Shown: in pieces, positions 1-9,631 of the stretch
How positions within the stretch are numbered: position 1 is the stretch's first letter
How the letters are laid out: the number at the start of each line of letters is the position of its first letter
Source of the DNA: an uncultured Rhizobium sp.
Lineage (GTDB): Bacteria > Bacteroidota > Bacteroidia > NS11-12g > UBA955
Assembly: GCA_964592635.1 (NCBI GenBank)
Contig: CAZQFZ010000002.1
Coordinates: 4,956-56,885, forward strand
Length of the DNA stretch: 51,930 bases
Direction of reading: 5' to 3'
The notes under the pieces: generated by a model
What the model was told of the DNA's origin: nothing
What the model saw: the letters and a program-made list of their open reading frames with translations, nothing else
Database searches by the model: none
Program-made: the position numbers and the translations under genes

Positions 1-1032
1 GTGGTGCAGTGTTTGAAGCTGATTTCTCGTCCCGGTTCGGAGAAAATCATACGTTATGCTTTTGAATATGCGCGAGTTTACGGCCGTAAAAAGGTAACGT
101 GTTTCACGAAAGACAATATTATGAAGCAATCGGATGGATTGTTTCATCAGGTATTTGACGAAATCGCTGCGGAGTATCCGGACATTGAAAAAGAGCATTG
201 GATCATCGATATAGGTGCTGCTAAAGTGGCCGATACCCCCGAGGTATTTGATGTAATTGTAATGCCGAATTTGTATGGGGATGTGGTTTCAGATATTGCT
301 GCACAAATTACGGGTTCTGTAGGTTTGGGCGGATCGGCCAATATTGGTGAAACTTGTGCTATGTTTGAAGCTATTCATGGATCGGCGCCTATGATTGCGG
401 GACAAGGTATTGCCAATCCATCAGGATTGTTGCAAGGGGCTGTAATGATGTTGAATCATATTGGTCAAACCGAAACTGCGGAAAAAATTCAAAATGCTTG
501 GTTGAAAACCATCGAAGATGGTATTCATACTGTAGATATTTATAAAGAGGGAACCAGCAAGAAAAAGGTAAATACCATCGAATTTACGGATGCCGTAATT
601 GCGAATTTGGGACAAAAACCGGTACAATTAATAGGTGTCGAGTTCAGAAAGGATGCGAAGTTCAATTTACCACCCTATCAACGCAAGGCCCAAAAGGCAA
701 AAGCACTAAAAGGAGTGGATTTATTTATTCATTGGCATGGCACCGATGCCAATATCTTAGCGGATATGTTGAAGCCTTTGAATAATGGGAAAATGAATTT
801 ATCGATGATTACCAATCGCGGTATTAAAGTGTGGCCGGAAGGATTCGAAGAAACCTTTTGCACCGATCATTGGCGCTGCAGATATAAAGCAGTTGCAGGT
901 CATGTTCCAACCAAGGCAGATATTATTGAATTGTTACAATTAGCAGATCAGCATGGTTTGGATTCGATTAAGACGGAAAATCTGTATTCATTTGATGGGG
1001 TAGATGCGTACTCACTGGGTCAAGGACAGTAA
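1..1032 (+). CDS. icd: Isocitrate dehydrogenase (IDH/IPMDH family, type with C-terminal extension), 5'-truncated by window edge
   Basis: Motifs TKDNIMK, MPNLYGDVVSD, FEAIHGSAP, ANPSG; C-terminal ITNRG..FCTDHWRCR domain typical of this IDH subtype. Confidence 0.93.
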   Translation: MVQCLKLISRPGSEKIIRYAFEYARVYGRKKVTCFTKDNIMKQSDGLFHQVFDEIAAEYPDIEKEHWIIDIGAAKVADTPEVFDVIVMPNLYGDVVSDIAAQITGSVGLGGSANIGETCAMFEAIHGSAPMIAGQGIANPSGLLQGAVMMLNHIGQTETAEKIQNAWLKTIEDGIHTVDIYKEGTSKKKVNTIEFTDAVIANLGQKPVQLIGVEFRKDAKFNLPPYQRKAQKAKALKGVDLFIHWHGTDANILADMLKPLNNGKMNLSMITNRGIKVWPEGFEETFCTDHWRCRYKAVAGHVPTKADIIELLQLADQHGLDSIKTENLYSFDGVDAYSLGQGQ

Positions 1033-1158
1033 CGTTACATCAAAATACGTTTTTTGAAATTGTTGAAAAAGGGTTAGGTGCAAAAGTGAAACTTTCCATT
1101 GAACTTTTATAAGCACATTTATTGAAAAGCCCTTTAAAACAGAAAATCGTACAAAAAG

Positions 1159-1184
1159 AAAATGCCCCAGAAATGGGGCATTTT
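1159..1184. terminator. Bidirectional intrinsic terminator between convergent icd and csp
   Basis: AAAATGCCCCA-GAAA-TGGGGCATTTT perfect inverted repeat with A/T tracts on both sides. Confidence 0.85.
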
Positions 1185-1232
1185 AAATTAGAAATTTTTA
1201 AGGTAAACAGAAATAAAATTATATATACTTTA

Positions 1233-1427
1233 TTAACCTATTACTCTTACTTTAACGGCGTTTAAGCCTTTTTTACCTTCTTCTAACTCAAATTCAACTG
1301 CGTCGTTTTCACGAACTTTGTCGATTAAGCCAGTTACGTGAGAAAAATACTCTTCTCCATTTTGGTCGTCAACAATAAAACCATAACCTTTGGTCTCATT
1401 GAAAAATTTAACTTTACCTGTGTGCAT
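1233..1427 (-). CDS. Cold-shock protein (CSD)
   Basis: 64 aa; GKVKFFNETKGYGFI (RNP1), YFSH (RNP2-like), EGKKGLNAVKV. Confidence 0.95.
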   Translation of the reverse strand: MHTGKVKFFNETKGYGFIVDDQNGEEYFSHVTGLIDKVRENDAVEFELEEGKKGLNAVKVRVIG

Positions 1428-1446
1428 TCAATTAACTTTAAGTATT

Positions 1447-1454
1447 CAAAGGTA
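1447..1454 (-). promoter_or_regulatory. Bacteroidota -7 promoter box upstream of csp
   Basis: TACCTTTG on minus strand matches TAnnTTTG, about 20 nt before ATG. Confidence 0.6.
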
Positions 1455-1491
1455 ACTGAATCCATGAACTTTCCTAACGTTTCGCACAATT

Positions 1492-4092
1492 TTATTTTCT
1501 TTTTAATAAATTCTTGGTACTTAGTTTTGAACCTTTGGATTTTTCTTGTGGATTTTCAAAAGCTTCCCAACGCTGATTACTTTCATCGATATCGGCAGTT
1601 TCGCGGAAAGGATCAATCACAATGCTTTGAACTTCTTTGTATTTCACAAATACTTTGCTGAATTTATCTTCATTTTTTCTCCAAATGTAAGCACTGATGT
1701 AATCTACTTCTGAAGTTCCATCCACATAGTTCCATTGAATGATGACGGGCATTACAGTTCCACCTACATTGCTAAAATTCAACTGATAGTAATAATTGTT
1801 TTTCAATGCAGTAAATTCCGCATCGGTAACTACATCGAAACCGCTCATTCGATTTACAGTTTGAATTTTTTGAGCGGTATCACGTTGTTGAATACGCTCT
1901 TCAGCCACTTCACCTTTGGTGTTCAAAGCACGGTAATAATATGTATCACGCAATGATGTATCCGTATCTACTGCGAAAATCATTCCTGCTGCCTTATTGC
2001 GCAAGCGAGAAACATGCAAGAAACGATCGTCTGCCATGGCTTGAGCTCTTCGAGGATTTCTGTTTCGGGGGATGTTTAACTGCTCATTCGTATTTAGTGT
2101 ATCTATTTTTACGGGTACACTGCTCGGATTGTTGAGCTTAAATGCCACCACTGAATCCAAACGAATATCTACTGGTTGAATGTCAAAAAACCATGCTCTC
2201 CAGAACCAATCTAAATCAACACCCGATGCGTCTTCCATCGAACGGAAAAAATCCGAAGGTCGAGGATGTTTGTAAGCCCATCTGCGACAATATTCTTTAA
2301 ACGCGTAATCAAATAATTCTCTACCCATCACCGTTTCGCGCAAAATATTCAAAGCTGTGGCCGGTTTTGCATAGGCATTCGGACCAAATTCGATGATATT
2401 TTCAGAATTGGTCATGATGGGTTCCAATCGCTCAACTGGAAGTTTCATGTAATCCACAATTTTGTGAGCCGGACCTCTTCTGGATGGGTAATTATTGTCG
2501 AATTCTTGTTCGGTCAAAAATTGTACAAACGTATTTAATCCTTCATCCATCCAACTCCAATGACGTTCATCTGAATTAATAATCATCGGGAAGAAATTAT
2601 GCCCTACTTCATGAATAATTACCCCAATCATTCCATATTTCGTAGCTTCTGTATAATTGCCAGCCGAATCAGTTCTTCCGTAGTTGAAACAAATCATTGG
2701 ATATTCCATACCACTGCTTGCTTCTACTGAAATGGCCACAGGGTATTGATAGGGGATAGTGTATTTGGAGTAGGTTTTGATAGTATGCGCAACTACCTTG
2801 GTAGAATATTTGTTGTATAATTTGTACGATTCTTTGGGGTAATAACTCATACACATTACTTTTTTACCCTCAACGTATTCAGGCATTGCGTCCCAAGTAA
2901 ATTTGCGCGAAGATCCCCAAGCAAAATCACGAACGTTTTTCGCTGAGTACTTCCACGTTTTGTATCCCAAACCATATACATCTAAAGCGTTCACTTGGTC
3001 TTTATTGTTGGGATCTACTGCACATGCCACATCAAGTTTAGAACTTGCGGCAGAGCAAGCTTTGTCATCCCCAAAAACCACGGAAATATTGCTTGGGTTG
3101 ATACGAATTCCTTTGCTTGATAGGATGTTTAAATAACTATTGATGTTAGAATTTACATCATCCAACGTTACAATCTGATTGGGGGTATTGACCTTTTTAG
3201 TTTGAATGGCTCTTTCAGTTTGGTTGAAACAACTGTTCCAACGATTCCATTGTTGAGCGCTCAACACCTCTTTATAGTTGGAACATTCTCCGGTTGCTGC
3301 AACAATATGGTCGGATGGAACCATGATATTCACATCAAAATCACCAAAAACCAATGAAAACTCTCCTCTACCAGTAAATTGTTTGTGATTCCAACCTTGG
3401 TAATCGCTGTAAACGCACATTCTAGGGTACCATTGCGAAATGGTGAATAAATCCGATTGACCATCGGGCATGAATTCGTATCCGCCGCGACCGCCCATGC
3501 GCATTCTTTCAGCAATTTTATAGCTCCATTTAATATTGAAAACGAATTTTTCTTTTGATTTTAATCCTTTGGGTAAATCAACACGCATCATGGTGTGATT
3601 GATGGTAAAGGGCAGTTTTTGGCCCTTGGCATCGGTAACACTCCAAATATTGGTGCCATAACCGTTCAATCTTTTTTGAACATCTAAATCTGAAACTTGA
3701 TCTGGAGTGATGGGTTCACTCACCTTACTTTCATTGAAGTAATTGTTTTCACCGTTGGGATTGTGCTCGTTTTCATCGAGTTGCAACCACAAATAAGTGA
3801 GAACGTCGGGCGAATTATTGGTGTAGGTGATGGTTTCTGAACCGTGCAATACGCGTCGTTGCTCATCTAAAACAGCCGAGATTTTATAATCCGCTTTTTG
3901 TTGCCAGTAGGCATGTCCAGGAGCGCCAGAAGCTGCCCGGTATTCATTCACATCCTCCAAAAGAGGTCCAATTTGCTCAAATCGATTTCCGTGATTGGAA
4001 CGGGGATTGTTAAATACATTTTGTCCAGTTAACAAAGAACCATTGAACAATAGCGTGCACCACAAGATGCCTTGGTGTAAAACTCGTTTCAT
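1492..4092 (-). CDS. M1 family zinc metallopeptidase, secreted
   Basis: Signal-peptide-like N-terminus; SGMEYP (GXMEN-like), HEVGH...WMDEG zinc motif, AYAKPA catalytic Tyr region. Confidence 0.92.
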   Translation of the reverse strand: MKRVLHQGILWCTLLFNGSLLTGQNVFNNPRSNHGNRFEQIGPLLEDVNEYRAASGAPGHAYWQQKADYKISAVLDEQRRVLHGSETITYTNNSPDVLTYLWLQLDENEHNPNGENNYFNESKVSEPITPDQVSDLDVQKRLNGYGTNIWSVTDAKGQKLPFTINHTMMRVDLPKGLKSKEKFVFNIKWSYKIAERMRMGGRGGYEFMPDGQSDLFTISQWYPRMCVYSDYQGWNHKQFTGRGEFSLVFGDFDVNIMVPSDHIVAATGECSNYKEVLSAQQWNRWNSCFNQTERAIQTKKVNTPNQIVTLDDVNSNINSYLNILSSKGIRINPSNISVVFGDDKACSAASSKLDVACAVDPNNKDQVNALDVYGLGYKTWKYSAKNVRDFAWGSSRKFTWDAMPEYVEGKKVMCMSYYPKESYKLYNKYSTKVVAHTIKTYSKYTIPYQYPVAISVEASSGMEYPMICFNYGRTDSAGNYTEATKYGMIGVIIHEVGHNFFPMIINSDERHWSWMDEGLNTFVQFLTEQEFDNNYPSRRGPAHKIVDYMKLPVERLEPIMTNSENIIEFGPNAYAKPATALNILRETVMGRELFDYAFKEYCRRWAYKHPRPSDFFRSMEDASGVDLDWFWRAWFFDIQPVDIRLDSVVAFKLNNPSSVPVKIDTLNTNEQLNIPRNRNPRRAQAMADDRFLHVSRLRNKAAGMIFAVDTDTSLRDTYYYRALNTKGEVAEERIQQRDTAQKIQTVNRMSGFDVVTDAEFTALKNNYYYQLNFSNVGGTVMPVIIQWNYVDGTSEVDYISAYIWRKNEDKFSKVFVKYKEVQSIVIDPFRETADIDESNQRWEAFENPQEKSKGSKLSTKNLLKRK

Positions 4093-4155
4093 TTTAGCGT
4101 AAAAGGTTGGGTTTTGAGTAAATAAATACTCGGACTGCGAATATAAACAATTCGC

Positions 4156-4770
4156 TTATGAATTTACAATTCGGTCGATACTCATCCATAAACCACAAAT
4201 CCAAGACACAATGAGAATGCTCAGTTCAAATTGATATTTATATTTGTTCATTTGTTGCTGATTTTCCCAATAAACATGCGGTGTAGCAAATTTTAATCCA
4301 AATAATACAGCCAAAAACAGGAGTTGACCCAGCTCTAGACCGATATTGAATCCCAATAATTCGTAGAGTAAATTATTGGGACTTACACTAATTTGTTTGA
4401 GTTGATTGGAGAAGCCCATTCCGTGAATGAGTCCGAAAAACATGATAGTGCCAAAATTTTGTTTGGCATCGGCTAAGTCTTTTTTATAGAATACATAATA
4501 AATACTCCGGGAGGCTCCCCAAAAAATGGTGAGAGCTATGGCGATTTCAATCAGTGCTGGTGAAAAAAATACCACATTAAAGGCGCATAAAGCCAGTGTG
4601 AGCGAATGTCCTATGGTAAATGCTGTAACCCATGCAAGTATCGTTCTCCAGTGTTTGATGTTCAAAGGAGTAAACATGACCAACAAGAAAAGCATGTGAT
4701 CGTAACCATTGAAATCCAATATGTGTCGGAATCCAAATGTTAACCAAAAAAACCAATCAATTTGAAACAC
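4156..4770 (-). CDS. HupE/UreJ family membrane protein
   Basis: GFRHILD..GYDHMLF, TAFTIGHSLTL, FGLIHGMGF, FNIGLELGQ motifs. Confidence 0.9.
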   Translation of the reverse strand: MFQIDWFFWLTFGFRHILDFNGYDHMLFLLVMFTPLNIKHWRTILAWVTAFTIGHSLTLALCAFNVVFFSPALIEIAIALTIFWGASRSIYYVFYKKDLADAKQNFGTIMFFGLIHGMGFSNQLKQISVSPNNLLYELLGFNIGLELGQLLFLAVLFGLKFATPHVYWENQQQMNKYKYQFELSILIVSWICGLWMSIDRIVNS

Positions 4771-4881
4771 TATTATGGAATTGAGTAGTATAAATTTAAC
4801 TTTGGAGCAAATCTGCGTATATTTATCGATTATTCAAAAGTATTCAAATAAAAATACAGTCAATTAGAGCTACTTACATTT

Positions 4882-5508
4882 ATGAATCGTCTATTCTCCG
4901 GAATTCAATCTTACATTAAAAACAGATACATTAAATTTGGATTGTTGTGTGCCTTTACAGCACTCACTTTGGAAATAACATCGTCATTTATCAAACATCC
5001 CTTTTTTGTAGGTATCACCGATTTGAATGTAGATCTTCGCAATGCTAAGAGAGAAAGTTGGGAACTCAAAGTGAAATTATTTACCGATGATTTTGAGGCA
5101 GCTTTTCAAAAGGAAACCGGAGTTCGTTTGCCCAGCGATTTTCAAAACATCCCCCGAGAAAGCGAAGAAGGGAAAGTGCTTTATCCGTTGATGGAATCTT
5201 TTTTTAAAAAGAACTTAATCGTAACATGGTGGGTTTTGCAATTTTCACATAGCAAAAGAGAAGAATTGCCACTAGAATTGATTCATTTTCAACCCGCGGA
5301 GGAATCAACACAGTTTACGTTTACCATTAAATTGCCGCAGAAAAAATGGGTGGCCATGGCCAAAAGAACCGAAACTGTAAGAATTTATAATCGTTTGCTC
5401 ATGTCGTTCAAAAACGAACAAAAACACATTATTCACTGCACTTGGAATGGAAAACGAAAGAGTGATTATGTGGATTTGAATCGACCACAATTTGAGTGGG
5501 TTTTTTAA
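4882..5508 (+). CDS. DUF6702-like exported protein
   Basis: HPFFVGITD..., KLFTDDFE, IYNRLL...EQKHIIH pattern; TAACTTTG -7 box at 4797-4804. Confidence 0.7.
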   Translation: MNRLFSGIQSYIKNRYIKFGLLCAFTALTLEITSSFIKHPFFVGITDLNVDLRNAKRESWELKVKLFTDDFEAAFQKETGVRLPSDFQNIPRESEEGKVLYPLMESFFKKNLIVTWWVLQFSHSKREELPLELIHFQPAEESTQFTFTIKLPQKKWVAMAKRTETVRIYNRLLMSFKNEQKHIIHCTWNGKRKSDYVDLNRPQFEWVF

Positions 5509-5520
5509 TTATTAACAAAC

Positions 5521-6576
5521 ATGAAAATATCTCCAACCGAAACATATTCAACTCATTCTAATTGGTTCCAGTTAACTGCCCTTTGGGCGTTTGTGGAAGT
5601 TACTCTGGGCGGACTGCTACACGCGATCCGTCTTCCTTTAACCGGCCTAGTGGTTGGAGGATCGGCAGTTGCCATACTCTGTGCAATGGCCTATACTTCA
5701 AAAAATATTTGGAAAGACATTGTGCGGGCAACAGGAGTAGTTTTGGTTGTAAAAGCAGGCGCTAGTCCACATTCACCCATACCCGCTTATTTGGCAGTGA
5801 GCTTTCAAGGTTTTGCAGCGGCATTGCTGTTTTCAATCATTCGCAACTACAAATTGGCTACAGTTGTATTTGCCGTGTTGGCCATGTTGGAGTCCGCACT
5901 GCAAAAGTTACTGACCTTAGTCATCATGTACGGTAAGTCGCTTAAATATGCAATTGATGTGTTCAGCAATTCCTTGGTAAAAGAATTGCATTTGGACTTG
6001 TACTTTCACCATTCTTCCATTTCAGCTGCCGATGGTTTGGCCGTAATATATATATCGTTATATGTTCTTTGGGGATGTGTGCTCGGATTTCGAATGGCCG
6101 GTTTTCCCAATCGAATTGCATCACTCCAAGAAATTGTTAAAACCAAATCCAAGGAATACAAAGAAGTGAATACGATGTTTCAAAAACGCATTGGTAACGG
6201 GAAGTATGTTTTTTGGTTGGTTTACGCAGTGGTTTTAGTATCTATGATCCTGATTCTGAGTTTGGTGGAAGACTCTAAACACAATTTGTATTATGTGCTT
6301 CTAAGGAGTTTGTCGGCTACAATCCTATTGTTTATTGTTATAAACCCATTGTTCAATTTTTGGGTGAAACGAAAAGCCAAAAAAAATCATAACGCAATGT
6401 TAGTAAACGACATCACCCAGCATTTTATGCAATTTCGAATTGATTATAAATTTAGCTTATACTGCGTTGAAAAAAAACAATTTTTGCTCCTGCGCTATAT
6501 CCGCGCAATGGAATTCATGATTGCTATCCGCCTGAAATACCAAGAAATTCATTCTGAAAATTCCCCCAAACCGTGA
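5521..6576 (+). CDS. Multi-pass membrane protein of unknown function
   Basis: 351 aa, about 8 hydrophobic segments; ALWAFVEVTLGGLLHAIRLPLTG and SPHSPIPAYLAVSFQG motifs. Confidence 0.8.
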   Translation: MKISPTETYSTHSNWFQLTALWAFVEVTLGGLLHAIRLPLTGLVVGGSAVAILCAMAYTSKNIWKDIVRATGVVLVVKAGASPHSPIPAYLAVSFQGFAAALLFSIIRNYKLATVVFAVLAMLESALQKLLTLVIMYGKSLKYAIDVFSNSLVKELHLDLYFHHSSISAADGLAVIYISLYVLWGCVLGFRMAGFPNRIASLQEIVKTKSKEYKEVNTMFQKRIGNGKYVFWLVYAVVLVSMILILSLVEDSKHNLYYVLLRSLSATILLFIVINPLFNFWVKRKAKKNHNAMLVNDITQHFMQFRIDYKFSLYCVEKKQFLLLRYIRAMEFMIAIRLKYQEIHSENSPKP

Positions 6577-6688
6577 AGATGGAGGAGTAGAAATATGTTA
6601 GAAATAGTTACTTAGAAACCCAGAATATTGAATTCATTTTTGCCGTTAAATGTTCGTTTGTTCAAGTACAAACAGAAAATCCATCAAC

Positions 6689-7915
6689 ATGCTTAATCCA
6701 TCCATTTTTTTGTTTTCGGGGGAAGTTCGGTCAGGTAAAACTACTGTTTTGCGACATTGGATTCGATTGATGCAGGCGAATGGAAAGCGGTTTGCGGGTG
6801 CGGTTTCTTTAGACTCAAAACCCGCAGTTAATTCAACAGCGAGGCAATTGGATCAGTCAACCATTCAACATCCCCGCAAATCAATGAATTTGAGGAGGTT
6901 GATGAATGTTAGTACCCAGAAATGCGTGGAATTCGAATTGGAATCTGAAAACGTAGCGGATGAATTTTGTGTAAAAGTGGGTCGGTTTGTATTTAGCAAA
7001 AGTGCTTTTGCTCAAGGAATTCAATGGCTTCAAAACGGACTGCAAGATGAAAATACGGATTGGTTGGTTTTGGATGAAATTGGAATGCTCGAATTACATC
7101 GAAACGAGGGATTTGAACCTGAATTGACTCGTTTTTTTGAGGTGTATCATCATACAGTAGAACTCCGAAAAGCTCAGGGTAAGCCATTTCCTAAACTAAT
7201 TTTGGTGGTCCGAGAAGCATTAGTATCTGATTTTGAATTGCAACACGGCTCGCGATTCGAAATTTGCAAAGTGTTTAAACATACCATTTTTGAGTTGGAT
7301 TCATTTCCCTTTGGAAATGGGTCAAACATACCTGGCTTGTATGGTTTGGTGCTGGGCGGTGGACAAAGCAGTCGCATGGGATATCCCAAATACCGTATCA
7401 TTTATCAAAACCATCAACCACAATGGCAGCGACTTACATTAGCGATGCAGGAATGGGTAGTTCACTGCGGAATTAACATCCCCAAAGAAAATGAGAGCGA
7501 ACCATCATCGGGTAATGAAGAATTGCCTTCCAATTGCAGCTGGGAATTTGATCATGATACTTGGGGTAATTCGGGTCCTATCGGCGGTATATTGAGTTAT
7601 TTTGAATATTTAAATGATTCTGAAATACAGGCAATGCTGGTGGTTGCAGTAGATTATCCGTATTTGCGGGACGCTGCATTGAAGGAATTGATGCATGTAC
7701 ACCGCTTGACCAAGAAATCCGTTTTTTATTTAGATGATTCGACCCATATCATCAATGGGTTGATCGGAGTGTATTCCAAGCAACATTTACTTGAATTGCG
7801 GACTTGGTTTAAGAAAGGAAACCAGTCTCTCAGTCGATTTCTAAAAGAAAGATCCGCTGATATTTTTTTGCTCACGCCTCAGAATTGGATTGAATTGACG
7901 AGTGTTGATGAATGA
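6689..7915 (+). CDS. mobA: Fusion of P-loop NTPase (NTPase_1/THEP1-like) and MobA-like molybdenum cofactor guanylyltransferase
   Basis: N-half: GEVRSGKTT (Walker A), VGRFVF, LVLDEIGMLE (Walker B). C-half: LVLGGGQSSRMGYPK, GPIGGI, VVAVDYP. Start taken at MLNPS (alternative 6650). Confidence 0.8.
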   Translation: MLNPSIFLFSGEVRSGKTTVLRHWIRLMQANGKRFAGAVSLDSKPAVNSTARQLDQSTIQHPRKSMNLRRLMNVSTQKCVEFELESENVADEFCVKVGRFVFSKSAFAQGIQWLQNGLQDENTDWLVLDEIGMLELHRNEGFEPELTRFFEVYHHTVELRKAQGKPFPKLILVVREALVSDFELQHGSRFEICKVFKHTIFELDSFPFGNGSNIPGLYGLVLGGGQSSRMGYPKYRIIYQNHQPQWQRLTLAMQEWVVHCGINIPKENESEPSSGNEELPSNCSWEFDHDTWGNSGPIGGILSYFEYLNDSEIQAMLVVAVDYPYLRDAALKELMHVHRLTKKSVFYLDDSTHIINGLIGVYSKQHLLELRTWFKKGNQSLSRFLKERSADIFLLTPQNWIELTSVDE

Positions 7916-7953
7916 ATATTGCCGGAAAAGAACAGCTAAAGGAGTTTAAAATT

Positions 7954-8781
7954 ATGACAAAATACAGTTTGATGCCTTTTGAAATAGACCGTTTTGAAAA
8001 CGGGAAATGGAAAGCGGAAACCGATTTATTGTCGGTTGAAGAACCACTATTGATCCGTTTGATTTCTGGGGATGAGTATCATGAAAGCAATTTAACGTCG
8101 CTGGATTTGTCGGTTACCATGCGCACTCCCGGAAATGATCGGGAATTGGCTTTGGGTTTTTTGTTTACGGAGGGGATTATTCGTAGTGTGGAAGATGTTT
8201 CGGACGTTATTTTTGGGGATGGGGAGGTGGGCGTAGAGATACGCAACTTTGCTGGATTGGATTTGAAGAAATTGGAGCGACACTTTTACACTACTTCAAG
8301 TTGTGGAGTTTGCGGAAAGGCATCGATAGATGCGGTGAAATTAGCTTGTCCGATCATTGTGCCTGCCAAAACATGGAGTGTTTCATCGGAATTAATTTTG
8401 GGTTTGTCGGATTCGTTGCGAAAGGCACAAGATGGTTTTGAGCACAGTGGAGGCATACATGCTTCCGGGTTGTTTGATTTAGAAGGGAGATTGCTGGATA
8501 TTTCGGAGGATGTGGGTCGGCACAATGCATTAGATAAATTGATTGGTAGGGCATTGGAACGGGGAGAGGTTCCGATGTTTGAGCGGATTTTGTTATTAAG
8601 TGGTCGCGCCAGTTTTGAACTGGTTCAAAAAGCCAGCATGGCTGGCTTGCGCATGATATGCGCCATTGGCGCTCCTTCTAGTTTGGCAGTTGAATTAGCC
8701 GAAGAGTACCACATTACGTTGGTGGGCTTCCTGAAACCGAATCGTTTCAATGTGTACACCGCCCCAGAGAGGGTGGTGTGA
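7954..8781 (+). CDS. fdhD: Formate dehydrogenase accessory sulfurtransferase FdhD
   Basis: EEPL, TMRTPGND.ELALGFL, TSSCGVCGK, GGIHA, EDVGRHNALDKLIG, GAPSSLAV; alternative start 7912. Confidence 0.95.
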   Translation: MTKYSLMPFEIDRFENGKWKAETDLLSVEEPLLIRLISGDEYHESNLTSLDLSVTMRTPGNDRELALGFLFTEGIIRSVEDVSDVIFGDGEVGVEIRNFAGLDLKKLERHFYTTSSCGVCGKASIDAVKLACPIIVPAKTWSVSSELILGLSDSLRKAQDGFEHSGGIHASGLFDLEGRLLDISEDVGRHNALDKLIGRALERGEVPMFERILLLSGRASFELVQKASMAGLRMICAIGAPSSLAVELAEEYHITLVGFLKPNRFNVYTAPERVV

Positions 8782-8979
8782 TAAAATAACAGATAAGCAA
8801 ATTGATGATCTGTATGCACAATTTAGCAGTTGGGTTGTGTGTGATGCTGCTAATTTTTTACATCACTGCTCAAATAATTATTCATTACAGCAATGCAAAA
8901 TGGTAGGTGTTCGGTTGAATTGACAGAAAAAAGTACTTTGATTCTTGAAATTTGCGACGTGTTAAAAAGTGTAATGCAA

Positions 8980-9009
8980 AAAAAAGCGAGGCCTGGGCCT
9001 CGCTTTTTT
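8980..9009. terminator. Bidirectional intrinsic terminator
   Basis: AAAAAAGCGAGGCC-TG-GGCCTCGCTTTTTT inverted repeat between convergent genes. Confidence 0.88.
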
Positions 9010-9027
9010 AAAATTTAATAGATTGAA

Positions 9028-9486
9028 TTACTTCAATTTGTAAAGAGTGATGTTGTAACCAGCGCGGTTGTCACCTTTTAAAGTGATTTGAGCATCAACT
9101 GATCTTCCACCAGCAGCATTCTTCAAAGTGTTGTACTGAGCTTGTGACATAAAGAAGCAACCTTTGTAATCTTGAGCAGCAACAAAATCTACGTCAACTG
9201 CAACGAAACCTCTTGGAGGATTGCAAGTAGTAACTGCAGCACCTTGACCGTTAGGACCTGGAGCTGGAGCACCAGCTTGAGGAGCACCAGTTGGAGCTGG
9301 AGCAACTGCACCTGCAGGAGCGTTTTGGTTGTTAGAGAAATCCAATTTTACGTTAGTTAAAGTAACTACTTTACCGTTGTAGATTGCTGGATTTTGTGCG
9401 AATTGTTCACCTGCTACAGTCATTTGAGCTTTTGACATTCCGATTACCGCGAAAGCGATTGCGAAGAAAGTTGTGATTTTTTTCAT
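9028..9486 (-). CDS. Small secreted hypothetical protein with Pro/Ala/Gly-rich linker
   Basis: MKKITTFFAIAFAVIGMSKA signal peptide; own terminator and promoter motifs. Confidence 0.85.
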   Translation of the reverse strand: MKKITTFFAIAFAVIGMSKAQMTVAGEQFAQNPAIYNGKVVTLTNVKLDFSNNQNAPAGAVAPAPTGAPQAGAPAPGPNGQGAAVTTCNPPRGFVAVDVDFVAAQDYKGCFFMSQAQYNTLKNAAGGRSVDAQITLKGDNRAGYNITLYKLK

Positions 9487-9517
9487 ATTTTTTTTTATTT
9501 GGGTTTGTTGTTTCGTT

Positions 9518-9538
9518 ACTTTCAAAAACCGTGCCAAA
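9518..9538 (-). promoter_or_regulatory. Putative sigma-54 (-24/-12) promoter, proximal copy
   Basis: Minus strand TTTGGCACGGTTTTTGAAAGT = TGGCAC-N5-TTGA, about 32 nt upstream of ATG 9486. Confidence 0.7.
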
Positions 9539-9631
9539 AAATGTTGTTGTGAAATTTTTGTTCAGCGGTTGATGTTTATTTGCAATTTATACTTTTTTTT
9601 CTATTTACCGTTTTTTTTGGGTTGAAAAACA

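Noticed and set aside
6577-6688. Moco riboswitch upstream of the mobA fusion
   Set aside because: AT-rich short spacer with no recognisable multi-stem structure; an Rfam search would be needed
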